Shown: positions 1-8,635, numbered from the stretch's first letter. The stretch: 32,000 nucleotides of DNA from Candidatus Scalindua sp. (GCA_031316235.1 JALDRA010000001.1:1530001-1562000); one strand, 5' to 3'. Notes: a model not told the origin generated them from the letters alone. Numbers and translations: made by a program.

Positions 1-986
1 ATGACGAACCTCTCCTTCATACCATGTATGTCGATAAAATATTGTCGGGAATCAAGGCGGTACAAACACTCTCCCGCCTTAACCGTGCCCACCCGCTGAA
101 GACAGACACCTTTGTACTGGATTTTGTGAACAGTACCGAGGTTGTTCAATTTGCCTTTTCTGATTACTACCGAACTACCATACTGAGTGATGAAACAGAC
201 CCCAACAGGCTCCATGACTTAAAATCTGCCCTGGATGGCTATCAGGTGTATAATCAATTTCAGATAGATGAGCTGGTAAGATTTTTCCTTTCTGGTGAGA
301 GCAGAGAAGTGCTTGATCCTATTCTGGATGGTTGTGTAGCGACGTATAACAGCGATCTGGATGAAGATGGACAGGTAGACTTTAAGGGTAAAGCAAAATC
401 CTTTGTTCGTACCTATAATTTTCTTGCTGCTCTTCTTTCTTACCCGAATCCTTCATGGGAAAAACTGTCTATATTTTTGAATTTCCTGATTCCAAAATTG
501 CCTGCCCCAAGAGAGGATGATCTATCAAAGGGAATCCTTGAAACCATTGATATGGACAGTTACCGTTCGGAAGTACAGAAAAGTCAGAGGATACAACTTG
601 CCGATGAAGATGCGAAGATAGATCCTATTCTTATTGGAGGTGGTGGCAAAAAAGCAGAACCGGAAATGGATCATCTGAGCAATATTATCAAGGCATTCAA
701 TGATCATTTCGGTAATATCGACTGGAAGGACACGGATAAAATCCGGAAGGTTATAGTGGAGGAATTACCGGTAAAGGTTGCTTTGGACAAGGCGTATCAG
801 AATGCCATGAAACAGGATGATAAACAAAACGCCCGTATCGAACATGACAAAGCACTTGAGCGTGTTATCGTAGATATGCTGACAGATCAGACAGAATTAT
901 TCAAACAATTCATGGATAATCCGAGTTTTAAAAAGTGGCTTGCTGATACGATTTTTAATGAAACATATAAAAGAAAGACAGCTTAA
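1..986 (+). CDS. hsdR: Type I restriction enzyme R subunit (HsdR), C-terminal ~327 aa; 5' end outside window
   Basis: The frame is open from nt 3 (DEPLLHTMYVDK...), so the Met at 24 is internal. It has an SF2 motif VI-like QTLSRLNR, then ...TDTFVLDFVN... and a long helical tail, a pattern I recognise from HsdR C-terminal halves. No search was run. Confidence 0.75.
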   Translation, partial: DEPLLHTMYVDKILSGIKAVQTLSRLNRAHPLKTDTFVLDFVNSTEVVQFAFSDYYRTTILSDETDPNRLHDLKSALDGYQVYNQFQIDELVRFFLSGESREVLDPILDGCVATYNSDLDEDGQVDFKGKAKSFVRTYNFLAALLSYPNPSWEKLSIFLNFLIPKLPAPREDDLSKGILETIDMDSYRSEVQKSQRIQLADEDAKIDPILIGGGGKKAEPEMDHLSNIIKAFNDHFGNIDWKDTDKIRKVIVEELPVKVALDKAYQNAMKQDDKQNARIEHDKALERVIVDMLTDQTELFKQFMDNPSFKKWLADTIFNETYKRKTA

Positions 987-1170
987 AAAGTAAATACTAT
1001 TGCTCCTGTGGCTGGAAGAGTCGAAGAGGGTCACCCAAACCTAATCTATTGACAAATAAACTAGCCGTTAGCCAAACAAATAGAACAAATAGGGATGGGC
1101 GGAACACGATTGGCATTCAAAACTAACATTGTGTCTGTTTCACCGCCGCACTTTCTTCAACCCCAATAAA

Positions 1171-1191
1171 GGGGTCAAGTCCATACTTGAC
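1171..1191 (+). repeat. REP-like hairpin copy C1 (GGGGTCAAGtccataCTTGAC) on the 5' flank of the RAYT-like gene
   Basis: A perfect 6-bp stem GTCAAG/CTTGAC with a 6-nt loop. The same unit recurs inverted at 2192-2211 and direct at 3552-3572. Confidence 0.7.
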
Positions 1192-1221
1192 TACATAATA
1201 GAAATAAAGTAAACTCTTATC

Positions 1222-2208
1222 ATGGCTCGTCCACTAAGAATAGAATATCCAGGTGCGTGGCATCACGCAATGAACAGAGGATTAAATCAGTACTCCATAT
1301 TTTTGCATGATTCTGATTATGAGCTTTTTATAACCGTAGTCAAAGAAGCATGTAAACTTTTTAATGTCTTTGTCTCCTCATATTGCTTGCTACCAAACCA
1401 TTACCATTTACTATTATGCACACCGGAAGGTAATCTTGGACGTTTTATGAGACATTTAAATGGCGTATACACGCAAAGACATAATAGAAAACACAAAAAG
1501 GATGGTCCCCTTTTTCGTGGTCGATATAAAGCCACTTTAGTACAAGAGGAAGAATATTTGACACGTGTTGTCAGATATATCCACAGGAATCCTCTAAATG
1601 CCAAAATGGTTGACAACTTGAGTAGTTACCAATGGAGTAGCCATAAAGTATATGAATGGGGAAAAAGTAAAGAAGATTGGCTCGATATTGATATCATACT
1701 TGAATGCTTTTCGAACAAAAGAAAACAAGCGGTTAAAATATACAAAAACTTTGTTGAAGAAGCAACAGATTCAGAATTGGAGAAATTTTATTCAAAACGA
1801 AATCAAAGTAGCATTCTTGGAGAAGAGGGTTTTATCAAAAACATAAAAGAGCGTTTTCTCTATTCAGACAAAGATTTGAAAGTTGAGATTAAAGAGAAAA
1901 AGGAGATCCAAAGTGAAGGTAGAATCGAAAAAATAAATAGAGAAGTGTGTAATATTTTTAGGGTAAGTGATGAAACACTTTACACAAGTACGAGAGGTGA
2001 GGAGAATATTCCTCGTAATATGGCTATATCATTGTCCAGGGAACTATCCGGATTTCAGTTTCCAGGAATTGCTAAAAAGTATAAAATATCTACTTACAGA
2101 ACAGTAGGAACAATATGTTTTCGTTTTAGGGAAAAATTAATGACAAATAAAAAATTAGCTAAACAATATAAAATATTAAAGGAATCATGTAGTCAAGAAT
2201 GGACTTGA
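1222..2208 (+). CDS. RAYT-like / IS200-IS605-type HUH Y1 transposase family protein with a C-terminal DnaA-domain-IV-like HTH
   Basis: The N-terminus is MARPLRIEYPGAWHHAMNRG. The HUH motif lies in LLPNHYHLLL and the catalytic-Tyr helix is RVVRYIHRNPL, followed by YQWSSH. The C-terminal IPRNMAISLSRELSGFQFPGIAKKYKISTYRTV resembles the DnaA C-terminal HTH often fused in this family. Confidence 0.85.
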   Translation: MARPLRIEYPGAWHHAMNRGLNQYSIFLHDSDYELFITVVKEACKLFNVFVSSYCLLPNHYHLLLCTPEGNLGRFMRHLNGVYTQRHNRKHKKDGPLFRGRYKATLVQEEEYLTRVVRYIHRNPLNAKMVDNLSSYQWSSHKVYEWGKSKEDWLDIDIILECFSNKRKQAVKIYKNFVEEATDSELEKFYSKRNQSSILGEEGFIKNIKERFLYSDKDLKVEIKEKKEIQSEGRIEKINREVCNIFRVSDETLYTSTRGEENIPRNMAISLSRELSGFQFPGIAKKYKISTYRTVGTICFRFREKLMTNKKLAKQYKILKESCSQEWT

Positions 2209-2211
2209 CCC
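2192..2211 (-). repeat. REP-like hairpin copy C2, inverted relative to C1; overlaps the RAYT stop codon
   Basis: GTCAAGaatggaCTTGACCC; its reverse complement matches C1 at 19 of 20 positions. Confidence 0.7.
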
Positions 2212-2357
2212 TATTTCCAAACCCCCTCCACCGTCACTTCAATAAAATTTAAAAGAGCTTGTTATAGATAGACAAACATTCTTGGTGTGATATAATTTAC
2301 AGAATATAAAGATACATGAATACGTATAATTCAACAATTAAAGAAAGGGGGACAAAC

Positions 2358-2594
2358 ATGCTCAGGAAAATAAGGGCGCGATTCTCACACGGTGTTATTG
2401 AACCCTTGGAGAAGATTAATGTAACTGAAGGTAAAGAATTGGAAATAACCATCGAAGAAAAACCAACTAAAGCAGAGGATGAATCTTTTCTCAAAGCCGC
2501 AGGAAGCTGGAAAGGGTTAATTGATGCAGAAGTAATGATTAATAATATTTATGCAGACCGTCATCTTTCTACACGTCCAGAAGTAAAGTTATGA
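2358..2594 (+). CDS. Antitoxin (AF2212/DUF104-like N-terminus), partner of VapC
   Basis: I moved the start to the ATG at 2358 (MLRKIRARFSHGVIEPLEKINVTEGKELEITI), which is preceded by the SD AAAGGGGG. Its stop overlaps the downstream PIN gene by 4 nt (ATGA). Confidence 0.7.
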   Translation: MLRKIRARFSHGVIEPLEKINVTEGKELEITIEEKPTKAEDESFLKAAGSWKGLIDAEVMINNIYADRHLSTRPEVKL

Positions 2595-2989
2595 AATACT
2601 TAATTGATACAGATTGGGCTATTCATTACTTAAACGGCAAACAAAACATTGTAGATCAATTAATTGCTCTAAGAAAAGAAGGATTGGCGATAAGTGTTAC
2701 TTCTCTAGCTGAGGTTTATGAAGGAGTTTATTATTCTCTTGATCCTAAAAGCAGTCAAGAGGGCTTAAACAACTTTTTAAAACTAGTTTCTGTTCTACCT
2801 GATAGTGATGAGATAGCCAAAATTTTCGGTAAAGTGCGCGGAGGGCTCAGGAAAAAAGGAGAGTTGATTGATAATTTTGATCTCATGATTGCATCCACCG
2901 CACTTCACCACAACCTTACAGTTCTTACTAACAACTGCAAACACTTCGAGAAAGTGGACGAGCTAGAAATCATTTCAATTAAAGTTTAA
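2591..2989 (+). CDS. vapC: PIN-domain toxin, VapC family
   Basis: MKYLIDTDWAIHYL has the N-terminal acidic residue. It also shows ...SLAEVYEG... and ...DLMIASTALHHNLTVLTNN.KHF, typical VapC hallmarks. The 132-aa size and 4-nt coupling to the antitoxin also fit. Confidence 0.9.
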   Translation: MKYLIDTDWAIHYLNGKQNIVDQLIALRKEGLAISVTSLAEVYEGVYYSLDPKSSQEGLNNFLKLVSVLPDSDEIAKIFGKVRGGLRKKGELIDNFDLMIASTALHHNLTVLTNNCKHFEKVDELEIISIKV

Positions 2990-3072
2990 ATTCATAACCC
3001 TAAAAAGCAAACAGCATACAAGTTATATGTTTTACCATTATACTGGTAATAATACTAAAAAAGCCGCTGTCA

Positions 3073-3495
3073 ATGAAAAAGAAATCCGCGGAACAACGAC
3101 AACAAGAAATAAAACATCAAATGAGGATAAGTGCGGGGCTTATTAAAGATGTTTCCCCAGATGTAAAAGAAATTGTTTTTGAATTCAAGCTTAAAGACCC
3201 TGATGGTTCAATAATCTCACCAAATTACAAACCTTCGTATAGTTCTTATAAACGATTACCCCAAGACTCAGCTTTTTTCCAATTTGAATGCAATAACCAT
3301 GAATGCGTCAATGGAGGATTTGGTCTCACAAAAGAAATTAAGAATATGACACACGTCCACAAATTAAACTCCTTCGGCACACTCATCTGCCAAGGGTGGC
3401 AAGATTCTGAACGAGTAGATCAACATTCTTGCTTAAACGAACTTACTTATAGTGTTCGCATTGTTTATTGGGAAAAATCACAGGACAGGTATTAG
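3073..3495 (+). CDS. Hypothetical 140-aa protein with a putative Cys/His metal-binding cluster
   Basis: It is the only long ORF here. It contains CNNHEC...LICQGW...HSC. I recognise no family. It lies between vapC and the third REP-like hairpin. Confidence 0.5.
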   Translation: MKKKSAEQRQQEIKHQMRISAGLIKDVSPDVKEIVFEFKLKDPDGSIISPNYKPSYSSYKRLPQDSAFFQFECNNHECVNGGFGLTKEIKNMTHVHKLNSFGTLICQGWQDSERVDQHSCLNELTYSVRIVYWEKSQDRY

Positions 3496-3551
3496 AATAT
3501 CTCCTGAATACTCACAGTTTTTCTAACCAGCAAATGAACTGAAAAGGGTCA

Positions 3552-3572
3552 GGGGTCAAATCTCCTCTTGAC
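3552..3572 (+). repeat. REP-like hairpin copy C3 (GGGGTCAAatctcctcTTGAC)
   Basis: It has the same GGGG lead and GTCAA/TTGAC stem as C1, in the same orientation, with a diverged loop. The following T(A/G)CAT is also shared. Confidence 0.55.
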
Positions 3573-3931
3573 TGCATGCCTTACTTAGCATTGCAAGATC
3601 CGAGCAGTGAGAAGTATCTTTAAACAGGCAAAGAGTATTCACAAACCAAGGTGAAGTGTTGAATGCTACGCTTGTATAAAAGGCTATAGTGGTGCAGACG
3701 GCAACACAAAGAAATGATTTTTCGGTTAATCAGGTCTCTTCTCCATTAAGATGCCAGCTTTCCAAAAAACCTCGAATTATGATGATTATTCCTCTCATTA
3801 ATTCTACTCCTGAAGCTTTACAACAATTTTCACAACATTTCTTCAAGGAGAATCATTACTCAAAAAAGAATATTGAATGAAGTTTTGCATCAAGGTGCGA
3901 TTTGATCCTTCTGCTTTGGTGGGAACAGAAA

Positions 3932-3969
3932 GGGCCGGGCAAAAACTCACACGTTGTTTTACCCGGCCC
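3932..3969 (-). terminator. GC-rich hairpin (GGGCCGGGcAAAAC...GTTTTaCCCGGCCC); possible terminator of the 4175-4762 gene or a relic of the family-A M2 module
   Basis: An 8-bp GC stem plus a 5-bp extension. On the minus strand it is followed by TTTCTGTT. CCGGGCAAAAA...TTTACCCG resembles the optional internal module of the family-A repeats. Confidence 0.3.
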
Positions 3970-4015
3970 TGAAGAACACCGTAATCTCTTATGGTTACAT
4001 TCCCTTACACTGTAC

Positions 4016-4127
4016 TATACTAAAACCGATTTGGTTTTCGGATTTACCGGAAACCAAATCCTGGTGAAGGTGTACTCGCTCAATTTTATCTCGGATTTTA
4101 TCCGAAATCCAGTATGAGATGAGTATA
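4016..4127 (+). repeat. Family-A intergenic repeat (MITE-like), copy A1, short form
   Basis: TA|TACTAAAACCGATTTGGTTTT...CTCGGATTTTATCCGAAATCCAGTATGAGATGAGTA|TA. Internal hairpins are AAAACC/GGTTTT and CGGAT/ATCCG. Confidence 0.85.
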
Positions 4128-4174
4128 TGTACCTCTTTACAACAACTTTCTCTATCTGGGACGAAGCAGCATTT

Positions 4175-4762
4175 TTACTGGCTTGCTTTCTCCGAAAAGA
4201 TTTCAGACAATTTTTTCTTAAGAGCATCACGCCGTTCTTTACTTTCGCTGCCGGCCTTGTACTCTTCCAGCATGGTGTCTACCAGAAGATCGGCCACTTT
4301 GTCTAACTGTGTACCCATCTTTTTTTCAAGATTGACCTTTATCTTCTCTTTTAACAACTGCTTCTTCGCACAATTTGCAATTTTTAACAGATCATCTACG
4401 CAGTGACCATCACCTGACTTGCATCCACTTTTCTTCCTGCAGGGGGTATCGCATCCCGGTTTACATCCATAGTTCCTGTCGTGATGACATGCATGTGAAT
4501 CGGCACTGCATCCCGGTTTACTTCCACACCTCTTTTCGTGATGACATGTCTGGTCATTTTTGCAGCAGACAGGTTTAGACTCACACTCACTCGCTGCTTT
4601 GCAAACGGGAGTTTCACTTTTATCAACGGACTTTGTCTCTTCCTTTGCAGTTTGAATCCCTTGTGCAGATACTGGAGTACCGGCTCCTGCAAAGTTCAAC
4701 ACGAAACAGGAAAGACTCAACAGTGAAACGAATAAAACTACAGGTTTTAATTTCATGAACAT
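4175..4762 (-). CDS. Secreted Cys/His-rich repeat protein, putative periplasmic metal-binding protein
   Basis: Signal peptide MFMKLKPVVLFVSLLSLSCFVLNFAGAGTPVSAQG. There are two 19-aa units, CHHEKRCGSKPGCSADSHA and CHHDRNYGCKPGCDTPCRK, encoded by a 57-nt DNA period (4451-4491 and 4508-4548). The C-terminal half is helical and charged. Confidence 0.7.
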   Translation of the reverse strand: MFMKLKPVVLFVSLLSLSCFVLNFAGAGTPVSAQGIQTAKEETKSVDKSETPVCKAASECESKPVCCKNDQTCHHEKRCGSKPGCSADSHACHHDRNYGCKPGCDTPCRKKSGCKSGDGHCVDDLLKIANCAKKQLLKEKIKVNLEKKMGTQLDKVADLLVDTMLEEYKAGSESKERRDALKKKLSEIFSEKASQ

Positions 4763-4832
4763 TCTCTTCTCCTTTTAAAATTACCAGATTAACTAAAATA
4801 AAATTACCGCTTAAAATTCCGTGGCCTCTCGG

Positions 4833-4945
4833 TATACGGAAACCTATCTGGCTTTAGATTTTTCTCAAAGCAGAGGCCCGGGTGCCGGTATACTTTCCCG
4901 GTTTATTTCCGGATCTTACCAGAAAACCATTATAAAATGATTATA
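4833..4945 (+). repeat. Family-A repeat, copy A2 (degenerate)
   Basis: TA|TACGGAAACC..GGCTTTAGATTTTTCTCAAAGCAGAGGCCCGGGTGCCGGTAT...CCCGGTTTATTTCCGGATC...AATGATTA|TA aligns along its length with copy A8. Confidence 0.6.
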
Positions 4946-5218
4946 CATTAATAAAAGTCTTTTATCTGCTAAAAAAACAGATACTTCTGCTCAAGACAAA
5001 AGGCAGTTTATGTTTCTCATGAATTTTTAGAAAAGCCCTCTTAACGAAGCAGAAGTAAACACCTCATGTCAGCAGTGAGACTTTTTAAAAAGACTGGAAA
5101 TTACCACAGGCATAGTCCTCTGAAGCGACGACCTATCTTAACTCCTGCTTTTTTTGACCGGAAGCTGCCGACTTACCGATAAACAAATAATCAACAGCTT
5201 TTGTTCCATACTGAACCC

Positions 5219-6187
5219 TTAACTTTGATCCTGCAGCGGCTCAACCCCCAGATAGGGCTGCCAGTAATGGTCAATATCTTCTTTAATGACCCGGATAACA
5301 TCAACCTGTTTTACCGGGTGAAAAAGATGATCATATCTCTCCTGTGCCACCAGATAGGTCTCAACGGGCTTGAATTTTGGAATAACGGTATGACTGAGCT
5401 CCCCGCAAATGGCCTCCTTGAGTGGCCATATACCTGTCTGAACCGCTAATTTAGAGATCTCAACTGATTTTGAATCATCAAACGACCATCCTGATGGACA
5501 GGGAGCGAAGGTAATAAACAGTTTTGGTCCTTTAAATTGAGCTGCTTTTTTGAATTTATTGGAGAGATCGACAGGATGTGAGGGTGCAATAGTCGCCATA
5601 TAGGGTGGTTTGTGTGCCCTCCAGATCTCAAACAGATCCTTCTTTTTCTGTGCGGTACCTCCCGGGTTAACACCCCCCGGAACAGAGGTGTTTGTCTTTG
5701 AACCAAATGGAGTCGCACTTGACATCTGAAAACCCGTGTTAGAGTATGCCTCATTATCATAACATAAATAGTAGAAATCCAGGTTTCTCTGCAGTACCGC
5801 AGATGTTGCCTGCAGACCGATATCGTTCGCCGTGCCATCTCCCGTAAGGACAACAACCTTCAAATCATCTTCCTTTTTTACTTTTCCTTTTTTTATGAGA
5901 ATATCAAGTGCATCCCGTATACCCTGAGCACCTGCCGGGGCGCACGCCATGGCCGTATACATCCATGATGACCTGAACGGGTTGAATGGATAAACGGACA
6001 GCAGGGTGAAACAGCCGGCTGCATTCACAATGACAACATTTTCCCCCAATACCTTCAGTGCAAGCCGTAAGGCCAATAGCCCACCGCAGCCCGAACACAA
6101 GGCAGTCCCAGGGGCAATATGCTCATCCTGAGATATATCCTTGAAATTCTCATATGCGCTCTTCTCCATATTTACATTCATACTCAT
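5219..6187 (-). CDS. porB: 2-oxoacid (probably pyruvate):ferredoxin oxidoreductase, beta (TPP-binding) subunit
   Basis: CSGCGG near the N-terminus and the TPP motif LTGDGTANDIGLQ...YDNEAYSNTG. The true start may be the ATG at 6181 (GGTGGAG 7 nt upstream). Substrate specificity cannot be read from the sequence. Confidence 0.85.
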   Translation of the reverse strand: MSMNVNMEKSAYENFKDISQDEHIAPGTALCSGCGGLLALRLALKVLGENVVIVNAAGCFTLLSVYPFNPFRSSWMYTAMACAPAGAQGIRDALDILIKKGKVKKEDDLKVVVLTGDGTANDIGLQATSAVLQRNLDFYYLCYDNEAYSNTGFQMSSATPFGSKTNTSVPGGVNPGGTAQKKKDLFEIWRAHKPPYMATIAPSHPVDLSNKFKKAAQFKGPKLFITFAPCPSGWSFDDSKSVEISKLAVQTGIWPLKEAICGELSHTVIPKFKPVETYLVAQERYDHLFHPVKQVDVIRVIKEDIDHYWQPYLGVEPLQDQS

Positions 6188-6281
6188 ACTCCACCCACTG
6201 CAATTAAGACCAGGATTATACTTATGGTCTCATTATGTGTGGCGGGCAATATCCATCATACGTTTAGTAACACTTTGCAAC

Positions 6282-6394
6282 TATACGAAAACTGATTTGG
6301 TTTTAGCTTTTTCTAAACACCAAAGCCCGGGTGCTGGCATGCCCGCACAGTTTTTCCCCGGATTTTATCCGAAGACCAATATAAGATGAGCATA
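6282..6394 (+). repeat. Family-A repeat, copy A3, between the alpha and beta oxidoreductase genes
   Basis: TA|TACGAAAACTGATTTGGTTTTAGC...CCCGGATTTTATCCGAAGACCAATATAAGATGAGCA|TA. It ends 1 nt from the alpha-subunit stop codon (6396-6398). Confidence 0.8.
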
Positions 6395-6395
6395 C

Positions 6396-7619
6396 TTATC
6401 CTTTTCCTGCTATGTTCAGAAAATTGTTCATATTTTTCATATCCTGTTCGGTATACAAAAGTTGAGTTTCCGGAACAATACCTGTTTCCACACTCTTTTG
6501 CATCTCATCGAGTATGAAGGAGAACTCGGCCAGACTTATGTCTTTTCCGCCTAAACCGCCAATAAAAGAGAGCACTGCGCCGGGACGGTTTGGTTCATGG
6601 TAGAGCGCTGATGTCACCTCATTGTAGAGGATCCCCCCTGAACCGGGACTGATATTCTGGTCTATGACGGCCAGGGCTTTTTTGCCACGTAAGTATTCCC
6701 TCAGCTCCTGAAAGGGGAAGGGTCTGACAAGTCTTAATCTTACGAGGCCGACTTTTATCCCTTTTTCTCTGAACCGGTTAACTGCATCCTTGCCTTTTAC
6801 AGTAAAAGAGTTGGTCATCAGTATGATATATTCTGCATCTTCCGTCTTGAATGGCTCAACTGCAGAGTATGCTCTCCCGAATATACTCTTGAATTCAGCG
6901 GCAACTTCATTGTGTACACGTAACGCGTTAGACGAAGCTAAATGCATTTGATATCTGAAGTATGAATAGACACTTCCGCCCAGAACTGCCACCCCCTGTG
7001 CCATCGGTTTTGATGCCAGAAAAAAAGCATGCCCGGGGCGATATTCCGGGAGAAACTCCCTAACTTCATCCAATCCGGGTATTTCAACCGGCTCTCGGGT
7101 AAAAGAGAGATAAAACCCGTCCATATTAATCAATACGGGCAGAAACACCCTTTCATCTTCTGCTATCCTGAATGCCATCAGGATAGTATCGAGGATCTCC
7201 TGGCATGTTTCCACATGTAACTGTATCAGGCCCGTATCCCTTGCGGAAAGCACATCGTTATGGTCCGGTTCCAGGGTGATCGGTGCAGACAGCCCTCTTG
7301 ATACATTGATGAGAACAAAAGGAACTCTCCATCCTGCTACGGCATACAGCATTTCACAGCCATAGAGCAGCCCCTGGCTGGAGGTAGCAGAAAATACCCT
7401 TGCACCGGTAGCAGCCGCAGTTCCTGCTGCCGTAATCATCGAGTGTTCAGAATCCATGTTCGTAAATTTTGTATCCATTACGCCACTGTTTACCCATTTT
7501 GATATAACCTCGATTATCTCTGTCTGCGGAGTAATGGGAAAGGCCGGAACATAGTCTACCCCGGAAAGCCTTGCACCCCATGCCGCCGCAAAATTCCCGG
7601 TCAACATTTCCTTTACCAT
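6396..7619 (-). CDS. porA: 2-oxoacid:ferredoxin oxidoreductase, alpha subunit
   Basis: I set the start at the ATG at 7619 (MVKEMLTGNFAAAWGARLSGVDYVPAFPITPQTEI), with GGGAGG 7 nt upstream. It overlaps the upstream stop as ATGGTAA. The N-terminus is typical of an alpha subunit. Confidence 0.88.
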   Translation of the reverse strand: MVKEMLTGNFAAAWGARLSGVDYVPAFPITPQTEIIEVISKWVNSGVMDTKFTNMDSEHSMITAAGTAAATGARVFSATSSQGLLYGCEMLYAVAGWRVPFVLINVSRGLSAPITLEPDHNDVLSARDTGLIQLHVETCQEILDTILMAFRIAEDERVFLPVLINMDGFYLSFTREPVEIPGLDEVREFLPEYRPGHAFFLASKPMAQGVAVLGGSVYSYFRYQMHLASSNALRVHNEVAAEFKSIFGRAYSAVEPFKTEDAEYIILMTNSFTVKGKDAVNRFREKGIKVGLVRLRLVRPFPFQELREYLRGKKALAVIDQNISPGSGGILYNEVTSALYHEPNRPGAVLSFIGGLGGKDISLAEFSFILDEMQKSVETGIVPETQLLYTEQDMKNMNNFLNIAGKG

Positions 7620-8536
7620 TCCCGTACCTCCCGTTTTTTCAAAATTACTTTTTTGGGACACTCCTCAAGACAGATAAGACAGCCCTTGCAATTTTCATAA
7701 TCAATCCGGGGATACCCTGCTGTATCGAGAGAGATACAACTATGCGGGCAGTGGACAAAACACGCCCGGCATCGCGAACATCTTTCATGATCAATGACCG
7801 GTTTAAAAAGGCGCCAGTTTCCGGTCTTTTTTAAGACGGTATTCCCCCTGGCATAGGTACTGGGCGTACCCAGGTATGGACCGGAATATTCCAGCTTCAC
7901 AAATGTATTATCTTCTTTCATCGGTTCTGAATGATCGATGTGAATATCTGGTGTCCGGTCAAAGCAGATAAGTGCAGCCTCTACATTTTTCTTCACAACC
8001 TCTTTGGGAATATCGACAGAAAACAGCTCTCTGACAATGGCTTCCTTCAACGACTGCCTGGTAACCATACCTGTTAATTTAGATGCTGAAGCAGCTGCAA
8101 CGCTGCTGAGCACGGGCTTTCCTATCTGAGTCAAGACAATATCGGTCATATCCAGCGTGACTATCTTTCCGGATATTCCAAATCTTTCCCTGACATGCGC
8201 AGAAGAGTAGTGCGTATTAATCATGGTTATCGTACCCCCATACACTCCCTGAAATACATTTGCCGTACGGTCGTCAAGCAACGTCTCATCTGCTATTATC
8301 GTAATATCAGGATGGACAATGACACCTCTTTCCAGAATAGGGTTTTTCGATACCCTGGTATATGCCTGTATCGGTGCGCCCCTTCTCTCTGCACCGTAAA
8401 CAGGGCAATCCTGCGCAATATATCCCTCAAGGAACGAGGCGGTACCAACGATCCTGCTGGCAGTCTTCATCCCCTGTCCGCCCCTGCCGTGAAACCGGAT
8501 TCTCTTCATAATACCATTTCCGAGATGTTTCATCAT
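7613..8536 (-). CDS. 2-oxoacid:ferredoxin oxidoreductase, fused gamma-delta subunit (two 4Fe-4S motifs at the C-terminus)
   Basis: The gamma-type N-terminus is RFHGRGGQGMKTASRIVG. The C-terminal CSRCRACFVHCP and CKGCLICLEECP are ferredoxin-type clusters. The exact start (8536, 8533 or 8509) is uncertain. Confidence 0.85.
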   Translation of the reverse strand: MMKHLGNGIMKRIRFHGRGGQGMKTASRIVGTASFLEGYIAQDCPVYGAERRGAPIQAYTRVSKNPILERGVIVHPDITIIADETLLDDRTANVFQGVYGGTITMINTHYSSAHVRERFGISGKIVTLDMTDIVLTQIGKPVLSSVAAASASKLTGMVTRQSLKEAIVRELFSVDIPKEVVKKNVEAALICFDRTPDIHIDHSEPMKEDNTFVKLEYSGPYLGTPSTYARGNTVLKKTGNWRLFKPVIDHERCSRCRACFVHCPHSCISLDTAGYPRIDYENCKGCLICLEECPKKVILKKREVREW

Positions 8537-8635
8537 CTCCCCGTTTCAGAAAAAAAACACAGACAGTCATGTTACATGCCTGCGAACAGTGTAATGTGAA
8601 ATTTATCCGGAATCTGTGGTTTGATATTTGGAATT

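Noticed and set aside
3689-3880. A 63-aa GTG-initiated ORF, plus neighbouring short ORFs in the 3.5-4.0 kb gap.
   Set aside because: They show no SD, a non-ATG start, low-complexity sequence and no motif. The region is more likely non-coding or heavily decayed.
3902-4230. Small ORFs overlapping family-A repeats (3902..4117+, 4015..4230-, 6141..6389+, 8621..8998+, 12774..13019+, 13536..13721-, 25941..26171-). Several share peptides such as SSHTGFRIKSEIKLSEYTFT and could be mistaken for a conserved small-protein family.
   Set aside because: The shared peptide simply reflects the repeated DNA. Starts and stops fall in non-homologous flanking sequence. Indels and optional modules break the frame between copies. 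No SD is conserved. They are best explained as non-coding repeats.
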